From Escherichia coli (lineage in GTDB: Bacteria; Pseudomonadota; Gammaproteobacteria; Enterobacterales; Enterobacteriaceae), in the NCBI RefSeq assembly GCF_003334785.1, contig NZ_QOWV01000001.1: 64,000 nucleotides of DNA; one strand, 5' to 3'. Positions 22,788 through 31,402 of this stretch are shown here, one piece after another. Each line of letters begins with the position of its first letter. Position 1 is the first letter of the stretch. A program made the position numbers and the translations under genes. The notes under the pieces were generated by a model, which saw only the letters and a program-made list of their open reading frames with translations, did no database searches and was not told where the DNA came from.

Positions 22788-23428
22788 GGTGCGGGTTTAA
22801 GAAACGTCATTTCTACGGGAATAACCCCTGCGCCTAACATTTGCCGACTTTGACGAACCTGGCCAGTAGCCGAATCGACCCAGAATGTGTTTTGCCACTG
22901 TTTTTCTGGCCGCGTGGAAGTCACCTCTTCCTGCCAGACATTACACAGCACATTGCGACCCGCAATATTCAGCGTCTCTAATCCAGCAAAGGAAAAAGTA
23001 GAACTCAGGGTCGCAGAGCGAAAATGGTTGTCTTCACTCCAGAGAATATCGCGCGTCCAGCGGCTGCCATCTTTTATTGCCAGCGCGTTACGCAGAGGGT
23101 CCTGCCCGGAATTTGTCACTTCCAGCAGATTATTATTAAGTTTGACGGTTTTTAAAAGACGTCCATTGTGGGTAACCAGCATGGCGTTATCCTGGGATAA
23201 CCATTTGCTTTGTTCTTGTTCTATATATCCCAGTACCACAAAGATTCGTTGCCCTTCATTAAGGCGTAAATACATAGTGGAATAAGGCAACGCCTGGATC
23301 TGCTGATCCGCTACGGTGATATCCTGATTATCGAAAAGGCTGGCGCGAAATGTATCGACCATACTTTGCTGGCTGTGCGTACATCCCGCAAGAAATAGTG
23401 CGAAAATCGATAAAATAAGAGGGCGCAC
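22784..23428 (-). CDS. gfcB: Group-4-capsule lipoprotein GfcB (214 aa)
   Basis: Lipobox FLAGC. YjbF-like. Confidence 0.88.
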   Translation of the reverse strand: MRPLILSIFALFLAGCTHSQQSMVDTFRASLFDNQDITVADQQIQALPYSTMYLRLNEGQRIFVVLGYIEQEQSKWLSQDNAMLVTHNGRLLKTVKLNNNLLEVTNSGQDPLRNALAIKDGSRWTRDILWSEDNHFRSATLSSTFSFAGLETLNIAGRNVLCNVWQEEVTSTRPEKQWQNTFWVDSATGQVRQSRQMLGAGVIPVEMTFLKPAP

Positions 23429-23534
23429 CTTTAATCCTTGAAAGGTTAATTAAAAAAATGCAAATCTCTAAAGCCCGGTACGAATATCGCAACCGGGTAT
23501 CATTTAACTTTAATTTCGACGCGTTAAAGCGGTA

Positions 23535-23840
23535 TTAGCGTGTAGTGGACGTGGTGGTTGAGGTGTTATGAGAACCGCCATCGCCACTGTCATTTGCTGC
23601 AACAACTGCCAACGTCGCCACACCAACAGCCGTTGCCACACCGACAACTGTCGCCGTGCCGACAGCGCCAGCAGCCACGCCACCAGTGGTAGTAGCAGTC
23701 GTGGTTGCGCCGGTAGTGGTCGTTGTGGTGCCAGTAGTACCCGTCGTTGCCTCGGTCCCGTTTGTTGCTTCAGGGGCAGCAAACGCAGCTGGCGTCGTCA
23801 ACATGAAGGCCATAAGGATTGCAGAAAGCTTGTGTTTCAT
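23535..23840 (-). CDS. gfcA: Thr-rich small inner-membrane/secreted protein GfcA (101 aa)
   Basis: MKHKLSAILMAFMLTTPAAFA is a signal peptide. It is followed by a T/G/A/V low-complexity region (TTGTTGTTTTTTGATTTATTTGG...). I chose the internal Met of the 107-aa track ORF. Confidence 0.85.
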   Translation of the reverse strand: MKHKLSAILMAFMLTTPAAFAAPEATNGTEATTGTTGTTTTTTGATTTATTTGGVAAGAVGTATVVGVATAVGVATLAVVAANDSGDGGSHNTSTTTSTTR

Positions 23841-24281
23841 AACTTTTCCTTTATTCATCGCATGGACAATACGTACGCTTGAGATCAGGATTGTCTACTT
23901 TGAGTATAACATCCTTGTGAAATCTCCCTTTCCTCATACCGCTTGCACTATATACTGCGGGTAGGAAAGGCGCGCAGAGGGAAATATAAGATTGTTAACT
24001 ATCCCCCTCTGGAAATACGACTTGTGAGCACAAGATAAATCTTAGCAAAATACAAATTAAAGATAAGGAAATTGTTACGAAAGCTATTAATTATTGTTGG
24101 TAATATAGTTTCAAGTGGTACTATAACTGGCTGTTAAATGGCATTTATAACTATTAGGTGCAGAGATATTCGCTTAAATGGATTAGTTTCTTTGTGGAAA
24201 AGTAACTGATGTTATAATGTATGATGTTGACTATTGCACTATTCCAATAAAACCAGTCAGCTTTAAACAAGCAGCGTCATA

Positions 24282-24494
24282 TTAAGAGAGATAAACATTT
24301 GCCGCTGTTGGTCCTCGCAGGCCATTTACGCGGCAAAATTCCACACGTAATCCTGGTATAAGCACTTCTGCGTCGCGGGGAGTGAATGCGGAAATATGGA
24401 CCTGAACTTCTTTACGACCGTCGGAGGGGATAATGAATCCTTTGCCGCTTTTGCGATCAAAGGTTTTGACAATTCCTGTCATTTTACGGGACAA
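24282..24494 (-). CDS. cspH: Cold-shock-domain protein CspH (70 aa)
   Basis: [26 protein letters not shown]... has a CSD fold, with RNP1-like KGFGFI degenerated to KGFIIP. Confidence 0.92.
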
Positions 24495-24748
24495 ACAAAT
24501 TCCTTACTGAAAATACTGCGCTGCACTATACGGGGTTAATAAAATAAAGCCAGCGATATTTAAGACCGCCGGACGGCTAAAATAAAATTTGCTTAATCTC
24601 AATTATCATGCGTTAATAGCTGCGTCGGTTTGAAAGACAGACAGCATACAAAGTAGTTTACTAAAGCAGTTCTCATTATCAGGCATTATCCCCTTCTTTT
24701 GAGTCTCTCTCCTGAACACTAAGTAGTTTCTGTATTAAAGCCCTGTTT

Positions 24749-24761
24749 GCCGAAAGGCCCA
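24749..24761 (+). promoter_or_regulatory. cspG: csp-type 'upstream box' in the cspG 5' UTR
   Basis: gccgaaaggccca lies about 18 nt upstream of the ATG. From recall it resembles the GCCGAAAGGCACA element of the cspA/B/G/I leaders. Confidence 0.4.
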
Positions 24762-24779
24762 AAATGAAGGAAGTAAAAT

Positions 24780-24992
24780 ATGTCTAATAAAATGACTGGT
24801 TTAGTAAAATGGTTTAACGCAGATAAAGGTTTTGGCTTTATCACTCCTGATGATGGCAGCAAAGACGTTTTCGTCCATTTCACCGCCATCCAGAGCAATG
24901 AATTCCGCACGCTGAACGAAAATCAGAAAGTTGAATTTTCTATTGAGCAGGGGCAACGTGGCCCCGCGGCAGCGAACGTTGTTACGCTCTAA
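24780..24992 (+). CDS. cspG: Cold-shock protein CspG (70 aa)
   Basis: [34 protein letters not shown] carries canonical RNP1 (KGFGFI) and RNP2 (VFVHF) motifs. Confidence 0.95.
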   Translation: MSNKMTGLVKWFNADKGFGFITPDDGSKDVFVHFTAIQSNEFRTLNENQKVEFSIEQGQRGPAAANVVTL

Positions 24993-25191
24993 GGTTGCCA
25001 TTATTACTCAACATCTCCATTTCCGCTGTCCATGTTGTCATGGTTCACAGTACCGCACATCGGCATTCGATGTGACGGAGCGAAACCCTTTGGGCGCTAA
25101 GTGTATTTTTTGTAAATCGACGATGATCACCTTTGATAACGTCGCGCTGCAAATACGCACTGACCATGCGCCGCTGGATTTCACAAAATAA
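24931..25191 (+). CDS. Small Cys4 zinc-ribbon-like ORF (ymcF-like); start codon uncertain
   Basis: The frame is open from ATG 24931 (inside cspG) to TAA 25189-25191. The conserved-looking part begins just after the cspG stop: ...[45 protein letters not shown].... The only in-frame start candidates after the cspG stop are ATT codons at 25000 and 25003. Confidence 0.4.
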   Translation: MNFLLSRGNVAPRQRTLLRSKVAIITQHLHFRCPCCHGSQYRTSAFDVTERNPLGAKCIFCKSTMITFDNVALQIRTDHAPLDFTK

Positions 25192-25396
25192 TATCAGGCT
25201 CCCTCGTGGAGCCTTTTTTATATCTGCCTTATTTTTCTTCAACGCTGTATGTATAGTAAGCGATAACCTGTTGATTATTGAATCTTTCGGGGAGATGGCT
25301 TATAACATTTCTTACCTGACCAGGGTACCGGGAACCAACACCTTACTGGCGTGTTGCTGTCTTTTAAGACCAGAAGAGGTTAACAGTGAATATTGA
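25166..25396 (+). CDS. ymcE: Small membrane protein YmcE/Sfa (76 aa)
   Basis: [34 protein letters not shown]... has one TM helix. An internal Met of the 87-aa track ORF was chosen. Confidence 0.8.
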   Translation: MRRWISQNNIRLPRGAFFISALFFFNAVCIVSDNLLIIESFGEMAYNISYLTRVPGTNTLLACCCLLRPEEVNSEY

Positions 25397-25559
25397 AGAG
25401 TTAAAAAAACAAGCCGAAACGGAAATCGCCGACTTTATCGCGCAAAAAATCGCCGAGCTGAACAAGAATACAGGGAAAGAAGTCTCTGAAATTCGCTTCA
25501 CCGCACGAGAAAAAATGACCGGGCTTGAAAGTTATGATGTCAAAATCAAAATAATGTGA
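25386..25559 (+). CDS. gnsA: GnsA (57 aa), GTG start
   Basis: Read by hand. GTG 25386 begins (M)NIEELKKQAETEIADFIAQKIAELNKNTGKEVSEIRFTAREKMTGLESYDVKIKIM*. A GAAGAGG Shine-Dalgarno lies upstream. The ORF overlaps the ymcE 3' end by 11 nt. Confidence 0.8.
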   Translation: MNIEELKKQAETEIADFIAQKIAELNKNTGKEVSEIRFTAREKMTGLESYDVKIKIM

Positions 25560-25565
25560 TTTTGT

Positions 25566-25593
25566 GAACATCACCCCGTGCGAGGTGATGTTC
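25566..25593. terminator. Stem-loop between convergent gnsA and yccM
   Basis: gaacatcacc-ccgtgcga-ggtgatgttc gives a 10-bp perfect stem. Confidence 0.5.
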
Positions 25594-25607
25594 CGCTTGT
25601 TGCTAAT

Positions 25608-26681
25608 TTAGTGACCAATCATTGGCGCTTGTGGAATTAAGCGTCGGTACAATTCCTCCGGCACCGGGCTTTGCCATACTCCCGCATACATTGCGTAACC
25701 AATCACCGCAAACATAATCCCCAGAACCAGTAGCGTCATTAACCAGCCAGACAACGCAAAGGCTTTTTTATTTGCCGCAGGTTTTTGCAGTGAAAAGGTC
25801 AATGTTGAGGCTACCGGACATGACTCTACGCAAGTCATACAGCCGGTACATTCCACTGTTCGTACCTGAATTAATTTATCGACCGGGATCCGTGATGGGC
25901 AATTTTTTGCGCATTTGCCACAGTCGATACAACTTTCGGCATTGCGACGAATCTTAAACGGCGACAATAGCGAAACCACGCCCATCAGCGCGCCATATGG
26001 GCAAAGATAACGACACCAGGCATGGCGAATAAACAGGCTGGCAATCAGCAAAACGGTCACGCTGATTAATGTCGCGGTCCCCATATGACGAAAGAAATCG
26101 AGCATTTTAACGTCCATCACCACGCTGTAGGGCGACAACATAAAATAGTGAATCGCCTGAGCGGGCATCAATAACGCGATATAGATAAAAAAACTCAACA
26201 GCAAATACTTCACGCCGCGCAGAGGAATATCCAGCCAGCGGGGAAGGACACATTGCCGACCAAACAGTTTGTTACCGAGATCGCCGATTAATTCAGAAAG
26301 CGTACCAACCGGGCATAACCATGAGCAAAAGGCCTTTTTGAGTAATAGACTGATGACGATAAAAGCGACCAATAACAGCATCGCGGCGGCGTGGACGGAC
26401 GGTAACTGACCTGTTACAAGGCTATATTTCAGATTCATCAGCCCGGCAATCGGTAGCCAGCCTTCGATACCTCCCGGTCTGGCGACAAATGTCGTGCTAC
26501 TTGCCGTTTCGTAATAGCGCACCCAATACCAGAACGTGATGGCAATATAAATATTCATTGCCAACAGTAATAATTGCGTCGCTTTACGCCAGGTCGTGGC
26601 ATTACGCCAGTCATTCCACGGTAATTTGCCGCCCGTCGTGCCTGGCCGCCGCTGCCAGCGGGTTCTTTTATTCTCTGCCAT
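25608..26681 (-). CDS. yccM: Membrane-bound polyferredoxin YccM (NapH/NosR-like, 357 aa)
   Basis: Multiple TM helices, two CxxxCP motifs (CSWLCPVG, CRYLCPYG) and two 4Fe-4S ferredoxin motifs (CIDCGKCAKNCP, CTGCMTCVESCP). Confidence 0.88.
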   Translation of the reverse strand: MAENKRTRWQRRPGTTGGKLPWNDWRNATTWRKATQLLLLAMNIYIAITFWYWVRYYETASSTTFVARPGGIEGWLPIAGLMNLKYSLVTGQLPSVHAAAMLLLVAFIVISLLLKKAFCSWLCPVGTLSELIGDLGNKLFGRQCVLPRWLDIPLRGVKYLLLSFFIYIALLMPAQAIHYFMLSPYSVVMDVKMLDFFRHMGTATLISVTVLLIASLFIRHAWCRYLCPYGALMGVVSLLSPFKIRRNAESCIDCGKCAKNCPSRIPVDKLIQVRTVECTGCMTCVESCPVASTLTFSLQKPAANKKAFALSGWLMTLLVLGIMFAVIGYAMYAGVWQSPVPEELYRRLIPQAPMIGH

Positions 26682-26752
26682 GATTTTGCCAGTCCGTTAA
26701 GTTGTATACCAAATGCCACTATTCTAGTTGTTCTTAACTGGCTGATATTGAT

Positions 26753-29497
26753 TCAAATCGCGTTCAGGTCTTTCTTATGCAACCATGCTTCCAGAGCGGC
26801 AACACTGCGTGTAATTTCTTCGTGTGGAAGGGGGGCAGATAATGGCTGCTGCTCCAGTTGTGCGCATAGCTGGCTGGCGATATGCATTCCCAGACTCGAG
26901 CAACTGCTTTTTAGCTGATGCGCGGCACGCTTTATTTTCTCGCTATCCTGACTGGCGCGGGCAATGTCGATTTCATCGAGAAGCGGCAGGGCATGTTGTG
27001 TAAATAATACCAGCCATTCGTGGATCTTCTCCGTCCCCATTAACTGAGCATCTTCATTGAGTTGCGATACATCCAGCGATTGATCATTATTGACTTGCAG
27101 TTGGAGATAGTGCGCCAGTAACTGACCGAGCACTTCACGCGGCACCGGTTTAGGGATAATCCCGCGGAATAATGAACTGGTACGCTGGCGCAGCGTTTCG
27201 TCAATGACATGGGCGCTAAAGCCAATCAAAACCAGCGACGGATATTGCTGTGCCAGTTGTCGGGCAAGCGTAATGCCGTCGATATCCGGCAGATCAAAAT
27301 CCACCAGTGCGGCAGCAAACGGTTCGCTATTTTGCAGTGTCTCTAAAGCCTGCGCGGCATTGCCAACAGCAACAATCTGCGCACCACTGGTTTTCAGCAT
27401 CTCAATGGTAATTCGCTGGGTTAGCGGGTTATCTTCAATTAACAGCAAACGTAAACCGTCAAGACGCACCGCCTGATTGACTGTTTTTGGCACGGGTGCC
27501 GTGGCAACACGTAACGGCAAGCGTAAACAAAAACAGCTTCCAACCTCCGGCGTGCTGGTGGCGCTCAGTTCGCCGCCCATCGCCTGGGCCAGACGGCTAC
27601 TGATAGTCAGTCCCAGCCCGGTGCCGCCGCGTTTGCCGCTTACCTGCACAAATGGCTGGAAGATTTCTGCCAGTTTCGCGGGATCAATACCGCAGCCGCT
27701 GTCTTCCACTTCGACCAGCCATTGCTCGCCATCAGTGCGACTACGCAGGATAATGTACCCTTCGTCAGTAAAACGCAGGGCGTTGCTCAACAGGTTGGTT
27801 ATAACCTGACGAATACGTCGTGGATCGCCCATTAACGCGCACGGCATATCATCGGCAATTGCCGTTGCCAGGCGAATCGGGCGACCTTTCACCCGTCCGC
27901 TCATTAATTGCAGGGTACTTTCCAGCAGCGGGCGCGGTTCAAAGGGCTCATCGCTGACCGAAACATTCTTGCCACCTGCTTCGATAGCGGAATAATCGAG
28001 AATATCGTTGAGGATGGTCAGCAACGATTCACCAGAGTCAGTAATTGCCCGCAAATCATCACGCTGGGCGTTAAGTGCGGGGTTATCTGCCAGCAGTTGA
28101 GCAGTGCCGAGAATACCGTACAGCGGTGTGCGGATCTCATGGCTCATCGCCGCCAGAAACGCCGATTTTGCCTGGCTGGCTTTTTCTGCTTCCGCCCGTG
28201 CCTGTCGGTGTTCTATCACCAGTTCCTGCAATTCAGCTGTACGCGCTTTGACCTGCGCCGCCAGCTGTTCGCGGTGGCGATTCAGTGCATGAACATTGCT
28301 GCGAAACGCATCCATCAGCCGCCCGATGGTATCCAGCTCCCGTACGCCAGCGGTTTCCGGGAAAGGGGAGTCAATATCACCGTCCAGCAGCCGTTGCAGC
28401 GCCTGCGTTTGTTCGGCAAGTGGACGCGTGACTGAGCGATAAACCACGCGCCAGAGGATCAGAATCAGTGCGCAAAGTGAAACCATCCCCAGCAATAACA
28501 GGCTGTATTGCCCGCGTGCACTCGCTTTTTCCAGATGCGCCAGTCCGTGCTGATTACGCAGCTCAATGGTGTCGACCAGCTGACTGACTTCGCTACTAAA
28601 CTGCGCGAACTGGGCGATGTTATTTTGTGCGAGAGTTTGTAGGTGATTGCTGATTTCACTGTCCTGCTGATACAGCGCCAGCAAATCGCTATATTGGCTA
28701 ACGGTAGTTAACGTTGTTGCGACCTGCGCACGAACACCCGGATCTTCAATGCGTATTTGCCGACGTTGCAGAATTTTCACCGCATTATTGAGCTGCTTTT
28801 CCAGCGTTGGTGCATTTTTCTGGATCTGCTCCAGCCCCAGATTCATCACCATTTGCTGCACCCGCAGAGCGCTAAGGCGCAGTTCATTCATCTGGTTAAC
28901 ATACTCAAGATCGATATCAATCAGCCGATCGAGTGCACTTTCAGCAGCCTGACGCTGATCTTGTTCGATCAAATCGTAAATCCCGGCCTGGGTCGCTCCA
29001 GCGGAAGTTGTCGCATTATTCGCCTGACCTTGCGCCAGGCGTGCGATCTCATCGGCGGCAGCGACTATCTGCTGACTGAGTTGCTGTTGTTGCTGGCGCA
29101 GTTGCAAACGCTGCCCCACCAGTTCCCCTTGCTGACGTAACGAACGGGAGATCTCCTGCTCCTGTTGTTCAATAGCGGTGGTATCAAAACCTTGTTCCCG
29201 TAACGCTTGCAGCAACGCATTAATCTTCAGGCTTTGTGCGGTGAGCATTCGCCCCTGCGCCTGCCACATCTTTTCGTTATCGGCACTGGTCAGGTTCTGC
29301 GCGGCGAAAAGTTCCCAGGCGCTGGCTTCGCTCAACTGGCGCGCCATATTCATGGTAGGAATCAATGCCTGAGTGTTGTCTTTTTCCACCTGGCTGATAA
29401 AGCGCAGGTTGTCCCATCCCACCAGGGTACTGGTCAGGGTTAACAGCGCCATCAGGGCAAAGCCCATCCAGAGTCTTCGGGTCAGGGTTAAATTCAC
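26753..29497 (-). CDS. torS: TMAO-responsive hybrid sensor kinase TorS (914 aa)
   Basis: N-terminal TM-periplasmic-TM region, H-box MSHEIRTPL, ATPase G-boxes, receiver domain (LLLIEDNPL...) and C-terminal HPt (AAHQLKSS). Confidence 0.93.
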   Translation of the reverse strand: MNLTLTRRLWMGFALMALLTLTSTLVGWDNLRFISQVEKDNTQALIPTMNMARQLSEASAWELFAAQNLTSADNEKMWQAQGRMLTAQSLKINALLQALREQGFDTTAIEQQEQEISRSLRQQGELVGQRLQLRQQQQQLSQQIVAAADEIARLAQGQANNATTSAGATQAGIYDLIEQDQRQAAESALDRLIDIDLEYVNQMNELRLSALRVQQMVMNLGLEQIQKNAPTLEKQLNNAVKILQRRQIRIEDPGVRAQVATTLTTVSQYSDLLALYQQDSEISNHLQTLAQNNIAQFAQFSSEVSQLVDTIELRNQHGLAHLEKASARGQYSLLLLGMVSLCALILILWRVVYRSVTRPLAEQTQALQRLLDGDIDSPFPETAGVRELDTIGRLMDAFRSNVHALNRHREQLAAQVKARTAELQELVIEHRQARAEAEKASQAKSAFLAAMSHEIRTPLYGILGTAQLLADNPALNAQRDDLRAITDSGESLLTILNDILDYSAIEAGGKNVSVSDEPFEPRPLLESTLQLMSGRVKGRPIRLATAIADDMPCALMGDPRRIRQVITNLLSNALRFTDEGYIILRSRTDGEQWLVEVEDSGCGIDPAKLAEIFQPFVQVSGKRGGTGLGLTISSRLAQAMGGELSATSTPEVGSCFCLRLPLRVATAPVPKTVNQAVRLDGLRLLLIEDNPLTQRITIEMLKTSGAQIVAVGNAAQALETLQNSEPFAAALVDFDLPDIDGITLARQLAQQYPSLVLIGFSAHVIDETLRQRTSSLFRGIIPKPVPREVLGQLLAHYLQLQVNNDQSLDVSQLNEDAQLMGTEKIHEWLVLFTQHALPLLDEIDIARASQDSEKIKRAAHQLKSSCSSLGMHIASQLCAQLEQQPLSAPLPHEEITRSVAALEAWLHKKDLNAI

Positions 29498-29579
29498 GGT
29501 CGGTGCACTTTAGGTGAAAAAGGTTGAGTCGCAAAGCGGAATGCATCTAGCATAAAGCCTTATTATTGATGAGGCTATC

Positions 29580-30608
29580 ATGCGCGTACTGCTATTTTTA
29601 CTTCTTTCCCTTTTCATGTTGCCGGCATTTTCGGCTGATAACCTGTTGCGCTGGCATGATGCGCAGCATTTCACGGTGCAAGCCTCTACGCCGCTTAAAG
29701 CCAAACGCGCATGGAAACTGTGCGCGCTTTATCCCAGCCTGAAAGATTCATATTGGTTATCGTTGAACTATGGTATGCAGGAGGCTGCTCGCCGCTACGG
29801 TGTGGATTTAAAAGTGCTGGAGGCAGGCGGCTACAGCCAGTTGGCTACCCAGCAAGCACAAATCGACCAGTGTAAACAGTGGGGCGCAGAGGCCATTTTG
29901 CTCGGTAGTAGCACGACCTCATTTCCCGACCTGCAAAAGCAGGTAGCAAGTCTGCCGGTGATCGAACTGGTAAATGCTATTGATGCTCCCCAGGTGAAAA
30001 GCCGCGTTGGTGTGCCCTGGTTTCAGATGGGCTATCAACCGGGGCGATATCTGGTGCAATGGGCGCACGGTAAACCACTGAATGTGCTGTTGATGCCCGG
30101 ACCCGATAACGCCGGGGGCAGTAAGGAGATGGTCGAGGGTTTTCGCGCAGCCATTGCCGGAAGCCCGGTGCGTATTGTTGATATTGCGCTTGGTGATAAC
30201 GATATTGAAATCCAGCGTAACCTGTTGCAGGAGATGCTGGAACGCCATCCAGAAATCGACGTCGTTGCCGGAACGGCCATTGCGGCAGAGGCGGCAATGG
30301 GGGAAGGACGTAACCTGAAAACGCCGCTTACCGTGGTGTCGTTTTATCTTTCACATCAGGTGTATCGCGGGCTGAAGCGGGGAAGAGTGATTATGGCTGC
30401 CAGCGATCAAATGGTCTGGCAGGGGGAACTGGCGGTTGAGCAGGCCATCAGGCAATTACAGGGGCAATCGGTTTCTGATAATGTCAGCCCACCGATTTTA
30501 GTTCTGACGCCGAAAAATGCCGACCGTGAACATATTCGCCGCTCGCTGTCACCAGGGGGATTTCGTCCGGTCTATTTTTATCAGCACACATCAGCGGCTA
30601 AGAAATAA
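29580..30608 (+). CDS. torT: Periplasmic TMAO-binding protein TorT (342 aa)
   Basis: Signal peptide MRVLLFLLLSLFMLPAFS and a periplasmic-binding-protein fold sequence. Divergent from torS. Confidence 0.92.
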   Translation: MRVLLFLLLSLFMLPAFSADNLLRWHDAQHFTVQASTPLKAKRAWKLCALYPSLKDSYWLSLNYGMQEAARRYGVDLKVLEAGGYSQLATQQAQIDQCKQWGAEAILLGSSTTSFPDLQKQVASLPVIELVNAIDAPQVKSRVGVPWFQMGYQPGRYLVQWAHGKPLNVLLMPGPDNAGGSKEMVEGFRAAIAGSPVRIVDIALGDNDIEIQRNLLQEMLERHPEIDVVAGTAIAAEAAMGEGRNLKTPLTVVSFYLSHQVYRGLKRGRVIMAASDQMVWQGELAVEQAIRQLQGQSVSDNVSPPILVLTPKNADREHIRRSLSPGGFRPVYFYQHTSAAKK

Positions 30609-31273
30609 CCTTCACCATGTTGCGTCACCAGTAAATCCGCGCTGAGTTTATGACGTAAACGACGAATTAACACATCGACGGTGCGCAGGTCAGGGTTTTC
30701 CACCCGACGCGCAGAAAGCATACGTAGCAGACGTTCACGGCTGAGAATTTCGCCCGGATTCGTCACAAATGCCACCAACATTTCATACTCTGCGCGGGTC
30801 AGTTTAATCGGCTCGCCATCCCGCTCCAGCGTATGGCGCGACACATTCAGGCAATAACCGGCAAAGCGATAGCAGTTGTCCTGAGTGTGCGGTTGAGCTT
30901 GTCGCGCGAGGTCGATTCGCCAGAGCAGATTTTTCACCCGTACTACCAGTTCGCGCAGTTCCAGCGGTTTGGTGACGTAATCGTCTGCGCCCATTTCCAG
31001 CCCAACAATACGGTCAATCCGATCGCTGCGTCCGGTAACCAGAATAATCCCCACCGTTGAGCGTTCTCGCAGGGCGCGGGTTAACATCAGGCCATTTTCA
31101 TCGGGTAAGTTGATATCCAGCAGAATTAAATCTACCGACTGATTCTGCATAATTTCCCGTAGCCCGGCACCGCTCGCCGTAACGGAAACGGTATACCCCT
31201 CCTGAGTGAAGTAGGATTGTAATCGCGCCTGGGTAACCGGCTCATCTTCAACAATAACAATGTGATGTGGCAT
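30581..31273 (-). CDS. torR: OmpR-family response regulator TorR (230 aa)
   Basis: Receiver domain (IVIVEDEPV...DLILLDINLPDENG) plus a winged-helix C-terminus. Its 3' end overlaps torT by 28 bp. Confidence 0.93.
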   Translation of the reverse strand: MPHHIVIVEDEPVTQARLQSYFTQEGYTVSVTASGAGLREIMQNQSVDLILLDINLPDENGLMLTRALRERSTVGIILVTGRSDRIDRIVGLEMGADDYVTKPLELRELVVRVKNLLWRIDLARQAQPHTQDNCYRFAGYCLNVSRHTLERDGEPIKLTRAEYEMLVAFVTNPGEILSRERLLRMLSARRVENPDLRTVDVLIRRLRHKLSADLLVTQHGEGYFLAADVC

Positions 31274-31291
31274 CAGAGGGTTTTACTCATT

Positions 31292-31354
31292 CTGTTCATA
31301 TCTGTTCATATTCTGCCGTAAGCCGTTCATCCTGACCAGTGCCGCTGTTCATAT
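31292..31354 (+). promoter_or_regulatory. Four decameric tor boxes (TorR operators) of the torC promoter
   Basis: CTGTTCATAT occurs at 31292-31301, 31302-31311 and 31345-31354, with the degenerate CCGTTCATCC at 31323-31332. This matches the published tor box arrangement, from recall. Confidence 0.85.
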
Positions 31355-31402
31355 TTGCTCATTAAGATCGCTTCACTAAACCATAATTCTACAGGGGTTA
31401 TT

